From Tubiluchus corallicola (Eukaryota > Animalia > Priapulida), in assembly GCA_030141605.1 (NCBI GenBank), contig JAQGDQ010002368.1, positions 124,001-188,000 on the forward strand: 64,000 nt of DNA, given 5' to 3'. The position numbers were made by a program, and so were the translations under genes. Numbering within the stretch: position 1 is the first letter of the stretch; each line of letters starts with the position of its first letter. The notes beneath the pieces are model-generated. The model did no database searches, had not been told where the DNA came from, and was given only the letters and a program-made list of their open reading frames with translations. Shown here one piece after another: positions 52,101 through 64,000 of this stretch.

Positions 52101-52399
52101 AATAGATGCCGTACTCGCTACCAATGCCAGGAGTTGTCTATTCTTCCTGAAAATGTATTTTTAACTCCACTAGACCTTCCTTTTCATACAAATAGCAGAA
52201 GGCTAGAAAAACTAACTTGTAGTATTTTATTAGGGCAAGGTAACTTTAAAGATTTTCTTTTTAAAATTGGATACATACACGAAAATGCCTGTATATACTC
52301 AGAGGAAGCACAAACAGTTGAACATTTGCTTTTTAATTGTACTTTGGTCGACGAAAATAAAAGATTAGCGCTTGCAAATAGCCTACAATTTCAAAACAT
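49197..52399 (+). CDS. LINE ORF2, AP endonuclease + reverse transcriptase (runs into gap)
   Basis: VQE, GDLNS, IDIV, GHFPV (APE); FRPLTL, DFQRAFDSV, GLPQGSVISP, YADD (RT); TVEHLLFNC. Confidence 0.95.
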
Positions 52400-53247
52400 N
52401 NNNNNNNNNNNNNNNNNNNNNNNNNNNNNNNNNNNNNNNNNNNNNNNNNNNNNNNNNNNNNNNNNNNNNNNNNNNNNNNNNNNNNNNNNNNNNNNNNNNN
52501 NNNNNNNNNNNNNNNNNNNNNNNNNNNNNNNNNNNNNNNNNNNNNNNNNNNNNNNNNNNNNNNNNNNNNNNNNNNNNNNNNNNNNNNNNNNNNNNNNNNN
52601 NNNNNNNNNNNNNNNNNNNNNNNNNNNNNNNNNNNNNNNNNNNNNNNNNNNNNNNNNNNNNNNNNNNNNNNNNNNNNNNNNNNNNNNNNNNNNNNNNNNN
52701 NNNNNNNNNNNNNNNNNNNNNNNNNNNNNNNNNNNNNNNNNNNNNNNNNNNNNNNNNNNNNNNNNNNNNNNNNNNNNNNNNNNNNNNNNNNNNNNNNNNN
52801 NNNNNNNNNNNNNNNNNNNNNNNNNNNNNNNNNNNNNNNNNNNNNNNNNNNNNNNNNNNNNNNNNNNNNNNNNNNNNNNNNNNNNNNNNNNNNNNNNNNN
52901 NNNNNNNNNNNNNNNNNNNNNNNNNNNNNNNNNNNNNNNNNNNNNNNNNNNNNNNNNNNNNNNNNNNNNNNNNNNNNNNNNNNNNNNNNNNNNNNNNNNN
53001 NNNNNNNNNNNNNNNNNNNNNNNNNNNNNNNNNNNNNNNNNNNNNNNNNNNNNNNNNNNNNNNNNNNNNNNNNNNNNNNNNNNNNNNNNNNNNNNNNNNN
53101 NNNNNNNNNNNNNNNNNNNNNNNNNNNNNNNNNNNNNNNNNNNNNNNNNNNNNNNNNNNNNNNNNNNNNNNNNNNNNNNNNNNNNNNNNNNNNNNNNNNN
53201 NNNNNNNNNNNNNNNNNNNNNNNNNNNNNNNNNNNNNNNNNNNNNNN
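52400..53247. other. Assembly gap (848 N)
   Basis: Run of N. Confidence 1.
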
Positions 53248-53527
53248 GAGAGATTATTATTATTATTATAATTCTTTATTTAAAATTTAAAATTGAACGC
53301 ATATACAGATATTTACATAAAATACATACAGGGACCCTCTATTTGCAGGGTATGGTTAAAAAACTTTGTAAATAAAATAGCTGTTATATTCGCAAGACTT
53401 TTAAATACCAATAAATCAATATACCAATAAAAGAACAACTAAAATCAAATAGTACCAATTTACACAATTTACACAAAACGACCTGTATAATATAAAAGTG
53501 ACAGATATAATATAAAAGTTCAATAAT

Positions 53528-56500
53528 TTATACTAAAGTTTGTAAAAATGAATCACAAACTAACTCAGAGAAAGCAACTAGCAGGTTTTTGTCTCGAGAG
53601 GTATAAATTTTACTAATGTTTTGAAATTGTAGGCTATTTGCAAGCGCTAATCTTTTATTTTCGTCGACCAAAGTACAATTAAAAAGCAAATGTTCAACTG
53701 TTTGTGCTTCCTCTGAGCATATACAGGCATTTTCGTGTATGTATCCAATTTTAAAAAGAAAATCTTTAAAGTTACCTTGCCCTAATAAAATACTACAAGA
53801 TAGTTTTTCTAGCCTTCTGCTATTTGTATGAAAAGGAAGGTCTAGTGGAGTTAAAAATACATTTTCAGGAAGAATAGACAACTCCTGGCATTGGTAGCGA
53901 GTACGGCATCTATTTTTCCATAGGTGTGTTATAAAATGCTCAATATCCTGTTTTTTGTACTCAAGGATATTCAGTGGTATACTACCGTAATCAATAGTAC
54001 GTGAATTATAATTTTTACATAATTTTAAATAATGACCACTAGAAGCCAGTAATTCTCGAAGGAAATGTCTATGACCGATTGTGGGATCACGACTAATCTC
54101 TATTATATGAGTTTTGACTAAATCTGAATCCGACATTGCTAGAGATTTTAGCATAAATTTTACTGTGATTCCCTTAAATATAATATCAAGTGGGGGTAGC
54201 CCACAAATTAACTCTAGTTTGTCTTTTGAGGGGTGAAAGTGACAACCAGTAGCAGTTTTCATAACGTCATACAACAGATCGTCAAACAATGAGTGCTTTC
54301 TTACCATCCAGGCTGGAGCAGCATACATTATAATTGGTAAAACTAAAGTCTTAAATAGAGCAATGATAACACTGAGACTGAAGCCTTTATACAGCATGCT
54401 CTTACGCTTAATTGACATCCACCTATTCCAAGCTTGTCTTCTAACCTTACTTACATGATTTTCAAATGACAAATTACTGTCGATTGTAACTCCTAAAACT
54501 TTACTACTTTGCACGTAACTAACATCATTAGTTCCAAATTTTAAGCAGTCGTTTAAATCATGAAGGCCAAATGGAATTACTTCAGTTTTTCCTTGCGAGC
54601 AATTTAGTATCTGCCGCCATTTAAAACACCAATTATACAGTTTATCACAGCACAGCTGACTAGTTCTAAGCGTTTCATTTTCGGAAGAACAAGCTACAAG
54701 TATTGTTCCGTCATCTGCATATTTAAAATTATTAGTATTTGATATTGCTAAGATTTCGTCAAACATGTCGGACACATAAAAATTAAATAGCACCGGGGAG
54801 ATGACTGACCCCTGTGGCAGACCTATCTTACAACAGTATTCCTGAGAAGTATAGTTATTGACCTTGATGCGCACATTCCTTTCATATAGAAAAGTCTTAA
54901 TAAGACCCAGAATTCTACCTTTAAAGCCGGCCTCATATAGCTTAAACAGTAGACCATCCAACCAGACGCTGTCAAAAGCGCGCTGGAAATCACCGCAGAT
55001 AGACAGACAGACATCATTTTGTAGTAAATGCTTTTGAATATTTGATATTAAGCGAATCAAATAGCGACCGGTATTGCGACCTGCCATGAAACCTTCCTGC
55101 ACTTCGTCTATCAGATCATTTTCAAACATGTAAGTTCTCAATCGATTTGACAGTAAACGTTCAGCAAATTTGCCAAAATAGGATGAGAGCGTCAGGGGTC
55201 GAAAGCTACCAGGATCCGTATAATTTGTTTTGCCTTCCTTTTTAATGAATATTACATTGGATTCGCGCCAAACCCACTCGCTTTTACTTAAACAAAGATT
55301 ACACAAGTATAGAAAAACCGCCTTGGCCCAGAAGCCAAGGTGTTTAACCATCAGTGGATGAAAGGCATCGCAGTCGGTGCTTTTGCCCTGCGTGACTGTT
55401 TCTTTTATTGCAATGTTTAGTTCATCCATTGTAAAGTTACAGTTTATAGCAAGGGGCACCATGCCTCTATAATCATAGCGAGAAACTTCCCCCTCTACTT
55501 GCTGCTGCCAAAAATAATCGAAATTTGCACCGTTTACGTGATCTCCACTTAAAAAATTTTTGTATAGTACCTCACAAATATCTTGATTTTCGCTATATAT
55601 GTTTCCTTCATATTTTAGCATGCCGATATCTGAATTTGCTCTACCAGTAAATATTTTCTTATAATCTCTTCAGAATGCATTACTTTTGCGAACATTTAAG
55701 TTGACACACTTTTTATAAAGCCAGTTATCAGCAGCTGTGCGAAGTTCTTCATCAAACTTAGTCTTTTCTTCAAGATACCGGTTCCTATTGTGAATATTAG
55801 AATGCTTTAGATAGATTTTTCTCAACCTTCGTACATTGTTTGACAAAAAACTTAAGTTTTGAGTCCAAAACGGTTTTGAGTGATTACATATAACTTTCTT
55901 TGGTAGTACAGCTTCACTGCTGTTTTTTATTAATTTCTGAAACAACTGCCACAGCTCAATAGGGTCCTCTCGCATTATAGCATCGTTAAGGAGCGCAAAA
56001 TTAGAGCGCAAACTATTTTCTAAATAACCTGACCAGCTATGCCAATTACTGCTTTTGAAATCGAAGACAGTACGCTTTGCTGTTGTGCTATAGTTATGGA
56101 AAGATGCACCTAACTTAGTAATGACTGGAAAGTGGCCCATTAACGGAGCTCCACTAAACAATTCAACCTCGTCGTCAACGCTTTGTGTCACCGGTAATGA
56201 CGCAAGATTGTTTGTTAGCAATACAATATCAATGATGCTTTTGCCGTGGGCTGATTTAAATGTTTCAACCAACGGTGCAACAGGCAGTACTGGATATGTG
56301 CTAGACCAAACAAAGTCATTTAATAGTTGCCCATGTGAGTTAGTTTTTACATCCCACATAAAACTTCTACTATTCAGATCTCCAGTTAACATAACACCGT
56401 CTAGGCTTTGTTGATCAGAAAATAGGCAGGCCTTTTTGAAAGAAGCTAGCATTGATTGCATGTGCTCGACTTTGTTTGGCAGAACATATACAGAAGCTAC

Positions 56501-56818
56501 AATCATTTTCAAACCTTTGCCTTTAACTAAAACCCAAATTGTATCTGTGTTGTTATCTTCTAATTCGTGTAGTCTGCAACTAATCAATCCATTTTTTACG
56601 AATACTGCACATCCACTTGTATTTGGGTCCTTATTTTTGACATAACTTTGATAATTAGTTAGAGTCACATCATCGTATTGTTTAGCTTTCACTTCCTGTA
56701 CTGTAACAATATCAAAGTAGTAGGAGTTTACATACTTGTCTAACGCATATTGTGAACGAACAGAAAAAGTATTGATATTAATTTGGCATACACTGAGACA
56801 CCTAGAAGATGCAGCCAT
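53528..56818 (-). pseudogene. LINE ORF2 with premature stop
   Basis: TGG in copy 1 is TGA at 55670-55672, splitting the APE and RT parts. Confidence 0.92.
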
Positions 56819-57993
56819 TAGATACGGTTAAGTCTTTTTAACTGATCTAAGTATGTAGAGCAATTCTTGGAATTGGCTTCATGCTCACTTTTGCAATTGT
56901 AGCACTTTATCTCTTTGCTGTTGCATTCAGATGTTTTATGCAGATTTCCGCATTTACCACAGTTGGCTTTATTTCTGCACCACTTAGCAACGTGTCCAAA
57001 AGACTGACACTTGTGACAGCGTAAAGGTGTTTGTTTTCGGATATATTGTTCTACTTCGCACAGAAGATGTTTTATAGGAATTCCCTCCTGTATTGCACGT
57101 TGTAATTCAACGTCTGAGCTAAATTTCACCTTAACTATTGGCATATTGGCTCCGTTCTTCCGTTTAAATCGCTCTACTTCGATTACTGGGAACTTCTGTT
57201 CAATTGCCGCCTTTATTTCGTCTTCAGTCAATTCCGGGTCACAGTCTTTGATCACTCCAATAGAGTACTTATTTGGTTTTCTGACTTTCGTGTCGGTACC
57301 CATATAAGTTGGGTTCCATGAGCTTATTATTTCATCGGCAGTTTCAGAATCTTTTAACTGAATTTGTATGTTTCCTCGAGCAGTTCTGTAGGCTATTTCA
57401 AATCTTACACGTGGAAAATACTTACACAGATTTGTTTTAATTGATGCGCTGGTCTCTACAAGTTTTTTGTCTTTAACATTTTCTATTATAACTGTTCTAG
57501 CTGGATCATATTGAACAATGGGATTTTGTGTATTTGGTAACTGACGATTTCGAGAAGTAACAGACGTTTGCATGTCTTTTTTCACAGCATTGCTATAGGA
57601 AGTAAGGCCGGAAGGTCTGCGTTCTGTTCCCGACAGCTTTTCTATTGATTGTTCTATCTGATTTAGTTTATCCATGACAGGATCACCTGATATTTTTTTC
57701 AGCCGGTTTAATATTTCGGTCAGCTTGTTGATATCGTTCTCTTCCTGAATGAAATGAATTATTTCAGTTTTTAGTAGATCAAGGAAGACTGCTTTGCTAG
57801 CATCATTCGGCGCTTGGGGTTTTGGCTCCGACTGCGTCCCAATAGTTTCAGTCTCAGAGTCTGATTCGTTATCATTTGAGAACTTGTGAAAACAGCCAAC
57901 GCACACCTCGCAGTATATTTCTCTTTTTGTTATTTCCTTACTGCGTCTACAAATAGTACAGCTTTTCCTGGCTAGTACGCTAGAGGTACTCAT
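56818..57993 (-). CDS. LINE ORF1, copy 2
   Basis: 391 aa, intact, few differences from copy 1. Confidence 0.93.
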   Translation of the reverse strand: MSTSSVLARKSCTICRRSKEITKREIYCEVCVGCFHKFSNDNESDSETETIGTQSEPKPQAPNDASKAVFLDLLKTEIIHFIQEENDINKLTEILNRLKKISGDPVMDKLNQIEQSIEKLSGTERRPSGLTSYSNAVKKDMQTSVTSRNRQLPNTQNPIVQYDPARTVIIENVKDKKLVETSASIKTNLCKYFPRVRFEIAYRTARGNIQIQLKDSETADEIISSWNPTYMGTDTKVRKPNKYSIGVIKDCDPELTEDEIKAAIEQKFPVIEVERFKRKNGANMPIVKVKFSSDVELQRAIQEGIPIKHLLCEVEQYIRKQTPLRCHKCQSFGHVAKWCRNKANCGKCGNLHKTSECNSKEIKCYNCKSEHEANSKNCSTYLDQLKRLNRI

Positions 57994-58547
57994 TTTGAAG
58001 AAGGTATAGCGTAATCAGGATATAATAGATGCCTTATAATGCCCGAGGATGTCAAGGGGAACGTCTTTGTCACAAGGAACTGATTTTCCTTAAATTACCA
58101 TTGATTGTTAACGACCCGATTAGGGCCTTTTGTGTAGGTCCTCCACTAATTCTCGGCGTTTGGTTTTCGCGCCAAATCCACACAATATAGTTCTTATAAC
58201 AATGTTTATTTCGTTGATAACTTTAATAAGATCAATTATCACAGAATTTAAATTACATCACTGAAACCGCGTACTATTCATACACACGTAGGTATAAAAT
58301 TTATAGAACATAACACGGTATAAAGTTGTTAAAATTGACTTCAAAATATGAACAGCTTTGATAGCAACTTTACTTCGTCACGGTCACAGTCAGAAGTGAC
58401 AGTGAGAGACAAAGAGAGACAGAGAGAGAAAGAGAGGGGGTGGGGGGGAGAGAAGCTACATGACATCAAGTGTACAGTATACTGGTTATTCCTCACATAT
58501 AGGCGACGCTTTTGAAATTGATAACATTGGTTATTTCTCACATGTAG

Positions 58548-61500
58548 GCATCGCTTTTGAATTTGATTACATAAAGGAGATCTGCAATGTCTTACCATTA
58601 TCAGAAGCGGCTTCATGGTGGGAAGCAAATACTAACACTTCCGTAGCTGGGAATAAAACCACAACTGTCACATGGATGAAAGATCCAATGGAATTATTTG
58701 GCTTTGACAGAGGCGAACACTATTACGTTGGACAGGCAAGCTGCAGCTATCAATGAATCATTTGATTAAAAAGTAACATCATATCGGTTTAATCAAAGTA
58801 CGGTTGTATGATAAAGCCATTGGCTGTAAAAGTAGGTAGTTGTGTATCTTTGTAGCTAGTTAACTGCTGTATACAACACTATGAATACTTTCTCAAACAA
58901 ACTATAAGAGAGAAAATAGAGTACTAAACATGCTGAAAAGTTTCTATTTTTAATAAGTTAAAATAGCATTACTTTTTGTGAAAAGAACGTGTTTCTGATA
59001 TAACAACTGGCGGCGCAGAAAAATATGCTGAAGTTTAGACTAGAAAATGAGTGACCTGCAAAGTTGAAAGTTCAAAGATGATACTACAGTACATTAGCTT
59101 TTAGCTGCGAAAATTACAAGTTTATAGCTTTAGCCGTTTTTTTAGCTATGACCGAAATTTTTTTTGGATGTTAATAACTTAAATTCCGGGACAATGTCAG
59201 TTATATTCATCAACTGAAAAACAGCCAGGTTCACGTACAAAACACTCAATAATACAATAGGCAAAACAACAATAAAAAAATGAAACAGTTTATATCATGG
59301 TCTTCAACACAAGGCATGCGGTTTTCTATTACGGTATCTGGAATCCCTTTAAAGAGAAAGTGTACAATAGCCGGGAATGCACAGAACCGTTTGAGTCAAA
59401 GGAACTAAAGGCAAAAATTGTTGAGGGTTGGCACCAAATACCCGTTAAACAAGTGAGAAAAAGTGTCAGTTCTTGGAAGAAATGCCTTCGTCTAATTTGC
59501 AGTGAAAATAGTGAACGCATAGAGCTGTTGCTGTAAATTTTTCGCAATAGTGACAAAAATTCTTTTCGGCATTTAGTTTTTTGACTTGTCGATTTAAAAC
59601 TTCGACAACTATGGACAAATCTGCGGGAGTGACCTAAAGTATTTGACGTATGCACACAAACGGCTGTAACGCCAATCTAGTAATTTCGAAGAGATTCCGT
59701 TATTTTCCTCTTATATTATAGTGATTAAAATAGCGGCACATTTTTTGCGCCACTGTTAGTATCAAGGGTTTAATTGTGATGATATACTGTAGAATGCCAT
59801 CTCGACGCTCGTTAACAGGATCTTTTTCATTTGTTCATTAAAGCGTATTTTTTGTGTTATTACAGAGAATGCATAGAGGATTATTGTGTGATGTTTGGTC
59901 ATTGCGCTTCTTGGACACCGCAAATGTAACTGGGGCACCTGTACTTACTAATCAAACGTGGGAATACTATTTCTTTAACGTAATTAGCTATTTCTACTTT
60001 GTAAAAATTACTACTACATTAGGCTGGAATAAGCGCCAATTTACTTGGTAGATACGCACTTTAGTCCAACTGAAAAAAGGGCTATTTTTTCTGGTGCTAT
60101 CACAGAGTTCCACTCAATCCATAGATTACACAATACTGGTTTTACCGGTCGTGTAATGTAATCGATAACGCGTCTGCTTTCCGTCTGGGAGGTCGAAAGT
60201 TTGAAACCGCGGTCTGGTAATACCAGACTTTAAAAATGGTAAATGCTGTTGCATGCCGTGCTTGGCGCATGGTGTTTGGGGCAAAATTGGGGTAATAATA
60301 ATGACTGGCTTGTGTTGTCTGTTGAATTTAAAGCCGACTTATTATTATTATTATTATTATTATTGCGCTTTTTGCAAACAGCGAAAACTGACTCCATAGT
60401 AATGCGTACATTTTGCTTCTATCTAAATAAATTAATTCAGATTAAGTAAACTGTGTGACGTATTACGTTTGCCAGCTTTTGAGAATTGTATGTTTTTACA
60501 GAATACTAAAGGAAAGAGTGTGTTTGTTTATCTGGAGTTATGGATAGAAAACAGGGTAAACACATTTTATGCTTTTAATAAGTTTATTTTGAAATCATCG
60601 TATTTGTCATATAAAAGATGCAACTACTACTAGATTTTATGGTGTTGAATCAAACATGAAGCATGATTGCGAGGTTTATATCCTTCGAATGCTTTAGTTT
60701 TTTTTGGATAGGAGTATTTTGCTATAGCTTATATCATTTTTTACTTTATTTACTTTATTTACATTTTTACTATATATATATTGTCCAAGGGCAGTGAGAA
60801 TTATTGTAATGGTTTGTTTTTATCAAACAGGAAGTTGGTTTCCGCGTGCCATCCTATGTTACCATCGTCGGTTTTTCTGAATACTGGGATGACAAAGAGT
60901 TTGAAGACTCAAAGATATGTTATGAAGAGAAGGACAAAAGACGTCTTGAGTTAACTTTTTACGGTTTGTAGATAATTTGATAAGTTTTGGTAATTATAGT
61001 TTCTGTTGAGAAATTCTAACTATTGACTACACTGACATGCGCGAGTATAGTTCTTTTATCGCTCCAGGTGCTATTGTTACCAAACTTATTACGGCCAGGC
61101 AGTTGACGCTAGGCCCTCTGTACTGTAGTCTCTGCTTGATATCATATTAAGATCTAATGCCACAGTCACCATCAATATGTAGATATGAAAAGCCATAGAT
61201 GAAGACTTGTGGTAGTTAATTAATATAAGTAAATGCAGCTACAAATACATTTTTATATTCAACCTGAAAATCCAGCTGAAATTTTGGAATAGCGGAATGG
61301 TGAAAATGGTTTTGTTCATTTAACATTGTGTACTTTCTATCAGTAAGGTGGTTCAAATATGGAGAATTTTTTTACGTTGAGTACTTTCCGTCAGTAAGGG
61401 AAATCAGAGATGGAGAATTTTCAAACACTTTCTTGTAGCTCGTTTTTTATTTAAAATTATTCAATTTTTACTGTCTAAAAAGAATTTTTGTTGAATAGTA

Positions 61501-63638
61501 AGTAAAGGAAAAGACTAAGCAGTTACTCACAATCTTCTGTATATTTCAGGCGTTTATCCGGCAGGAGAACTGAGCGTTTTTAGACATGAACTGAAAGCCG
61601 AAATTTCAAAAACAGCAAAAGTTTCGATTAGAAGAATTGTTAATATGGATCTGGCTACTGATGAACAGAATACCTACGTTACTTTTACTCTGTTGGAGAA
61701 TGTTCCCGATGGTTAACATAAATTTTATTGACGTTCATTATTTTAATTATTATGCTAACATATTTCACCATACTTAAGTTTTATGATTAACTGATTACAA
61801 AAATGTTAAAAAAATACTGGCCGAAATTGTTTAAAACACTAGTAAAGCTATAAAGATTTGTCGAGTACAGAATATTTTTAGTGATATATGATAAAGAAGA
61901 ACTACTTACATCGATGCAGGATAACCAGTCTTAATGTGAGGCAACCAAAGATTTTACGTGACGTTTATCTAGTACACTTCATAGAGATAATTTCGACTAG
62001 ACGAAGACTCGCTGTTTGTCGGTTTTTGTTACAGTGTGTTTTGTTAACAGCCATACTATTTTGTTTTACTTCTGTAGGAGTTTTCTGCAATGCTTACATG
62101 AGCTTTTGTCACATCTCGTATAATGCTCAAACGAAATGCTTCGTTTTTTCCTAAAAATACAAATTTCAAAAATACTTTGATTTAAATGCAGCATAATTAC
62201 ATGTTAGCAAATATGAATTATTTTTTGATCTTGTAATTTTTCATTTTGTCGTGGTACTGCATGTATTAGTAAGCTTGTAGGATGTGATATGAGCAAAATG
62301 CATGTCTGGCTTTGTTAAAGGAAATGGTAGGTTTTAGTTTGCAAAAGCTTAATCTGTGAACAATGGGTTTTCAGGTGACCATTTGCTGGATTATGACGTG
62401 TTGACGGAACTACAGAAAGCTGGGCCAGGTGACAAGGAGTTCGATGAAGAGATGACACCAGAAGAATGTGCTGCGAGATGCGATGCTGAGATAGAGTTTG
62501 AGTGTCGGAGCTTCGGATCGTGCAAATCAGATATTGCCGTAAAACCATGCTATTTGTACAAGTACCATCCTAATGATATGACACCCGGTGCATTTTTACC
62601 CATGGTCTTTTGTGATTATTACTACAGTAAGTCAGTAAGTTTTTTAATAAAATAAATCTTTAGGTATTAAAATTTAAACAACAAAGTTAGCAAAAAAGCA
62701 ACAAAAATATGTGAAAAGACGAGTTAACGATTAGCTATTGGGCTGGGGTCTGAACCTGTGACCTTTGTATTACAAGCCTAACATTTTAACCACTAGATAT
62801 TAAATTTATTTTTTTTTAGGAAAATGAGTAAACTAAGTTTTGCTGGAGAGCTGTTATATAGACGCAGGGCTTTGGAGTTATTCACTTGCTTTTGAATTGC
62901 AACTCACTTAATGCGTACTGCGACAAATAAATATAGACTATACACACAGGGAAAACAAAAACAAACATAATGGCGTCTATCAATTAGTCTTTTATTTTTT
63001 TCTAGGAACTGTAATAGAAAGTGGGGTGCATAAGACAAATCTGTACGCAATAACTGCCTTGGAAAGTGCAGTATTTTATAATCGCTTCTTTGTTATTCAT
63101 ACCCTGGCAAATGGCACGGTAAGAAAATTCGCACAAGTTTTTCGAATTACGAGATATAATTGTCTTTATTTATATATCGCAAGATGTGTTCGAAATTTTA
63201 CGTTGCACATACTTTAATGTCAGCCATAGAAAATAATTCGGATTATAATTGCAAAGTCAGTGATGGCAACGATACTATAGTTGTTTGTAACGGTATAGTG
63301 TTTTAAATTTGTTTCATAGTACTGTTGTTGACAATATTATTACTGTGGCACTTGATGATAACCATGTCAATGCAGGCCAATGAAAGACGTTCAAAATAGG
63401 TTACATAGCTGACTTTAAGGTTGGTTGTTGCACTTTCATATAATTAGTCAAATCCACTTCCAAAGTTAGTCAATTTGTGGATTCTATGTACTTAAACAAA
63501 CTTTCAACTTACCCACACTTTGTTAAAAAATTTCTCGCAGTTAAAATGAGTTATTACTTAACAATACTTGCTTTATTTTACAGACGGCAATGTATAGAGC
63601 AATGAATATACGAGAAATTGGCGTCGATACTGGAGGAG
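58548..63638 (+). CDS. Internal exons of a multidomain extracellular protein gene (beta-rich YxGQRxxRGxxCDVW module, SEA-like segment, PAN/apple domain)
   Basis: Phase-consistent exons 58548-58735 (GC donor), 59866-59979, 60502-60555, 60831-60963, 61550-61711, 62375-62626, 63006-63118 and 63584-63638. Confidence 0.75.
59001..59758 (+). mobile_element. Deleted Tc1/mariner-type DNA transposon
   Basis: Imperfect TIRs (taacaactggcggcgcagaaaaatatgctg / cggcacattttttgcgccactgtta); transposase C-terminal remnant YGIWNPFKEKVY...ELKAKIVEGWHQIP...SSWKKCLR at 59320-59536. Confidence 0.75.
60144..60364 (+). mobile_element. tRNA-derived SINE
   Basis: Degenerate A/B boxes (gtgtaatgtaatcg, agtttgaaacc), taccagactttaaaaatggt core, (TTA)n tail. 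Confidence 0.7.
62375..62626 (+). CDS. PAN/apple domain exon
   Basis: TPEECAARCDAEIEFECRSFGSC...CYLY...CDYYY; cag|...|gtaagt, phase 1/1. Confidence 0.85.
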
Positions 63639-64000
63639 GTATTTCAAACTAATAATTATTTAGGCATTTAGGCCTATATTTATTGTTATAGAATTATATT
63701 TTGATACCTTAGTTTCCATTTTCTGGTTAAAAGTGTCATTTAGGTAATCTAAGTCAAGTCCTTAAGGATCACCTGATTAGGCACTGCGTCATTTATAGAA
63801 TGGTTTAGCAGATCTATCGTAAATCCATAAAGCTTTTTGCAATCTTTGTTTTGAGTCTTACTGACAAAGAACCTGCAATTCAAAGGGTGACAAACTTGGT
63901 GCAAAAAAATCTAGGAATGACCTAAAAGAGGGAGGCATTTAAACCTCATCTGACGCATATCTACGAAACTAGTGAGAATTTTTCTTCAGTTTTGCTAAGC

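Larger units (their letters stand above)
47617..52399 (+). mobile_element. Near full-length two-ORF LINE (I/Jockey/R1-type architecture), copy 1; 3' end lies in the gap
   Basis: ~400 bp 5' UTR, ORF1 with CCHC knuckles, ORF2 APE+RT; preceded by (CT)n. Confidence 0.95.
53254..58395 (-). mobile_element. Full-length LINE copy 2, near-identical to copy 1, inverted
   Basis: Same 5' UTR, ORF1 and ORF2; AATAAA and (TAA)n tail abutting TCTCTC; TC-rich 5' flank. Confidence 0.95.

Noticed and set aside
52372-53375. 1392-aa and 299-aa ORFs running through X
   Set aside because: Artefact of the N gap; the true ORF2 end corresponds to 53528 in copy 2.
60144-60215. tRNA gene
   Set aside because: Degenerate boxes with no clean cloverleaf, followed by a SINE body and (TTA)n tail.

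Overview
AT-rich invertebrate animal genomic DNA with spliceosomal introns and an 848-N scaffold gap at 52400-53247. Bases 1-31.4 kb hold most of an L-type voltage-gated Ca2+ channel alpha-1 (Cav1) gene on the + strand, from the domain I P-loop to the stop codon. The exon chain was traced by hand with consistent phases and has an EEEE filter, AID, EF-hand, IQ, PCRD and DCRD. The main result is that the calmodulin-regulatory proximal C-terminus appears to be encoded by two tandem pairs of candidate mutually exclusive exons. One pair is a duplicated IVS6/EF-hand exon (19689-19816 vs 19875-20002). The other pairs a strongly divergent alternative IQ exon (22908-23065, ...GCFFAVYLLQDWVR...) with the canonical IQ exon 52 nt downstream. 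The gene also has a U12-type intron, a GC-AG intron and substitutions at dihydropyridine-binding positions. Downstream lie a 37-bp minisatellite, a relic pentraxin exon, the 3' part of a divergent TTLL4-like gene (- strand) and internal exons of a PAN/apple-containing multidomain gene (+ strand). Transposons include three LINE copies from two families, all sitting in (TC)n, an hAT derivative with a 5-bp TSD, a Tc1/mariner remnant, MITEs and a tRNA-derived SINE. All calls are from reading the sequence; no searches were run.
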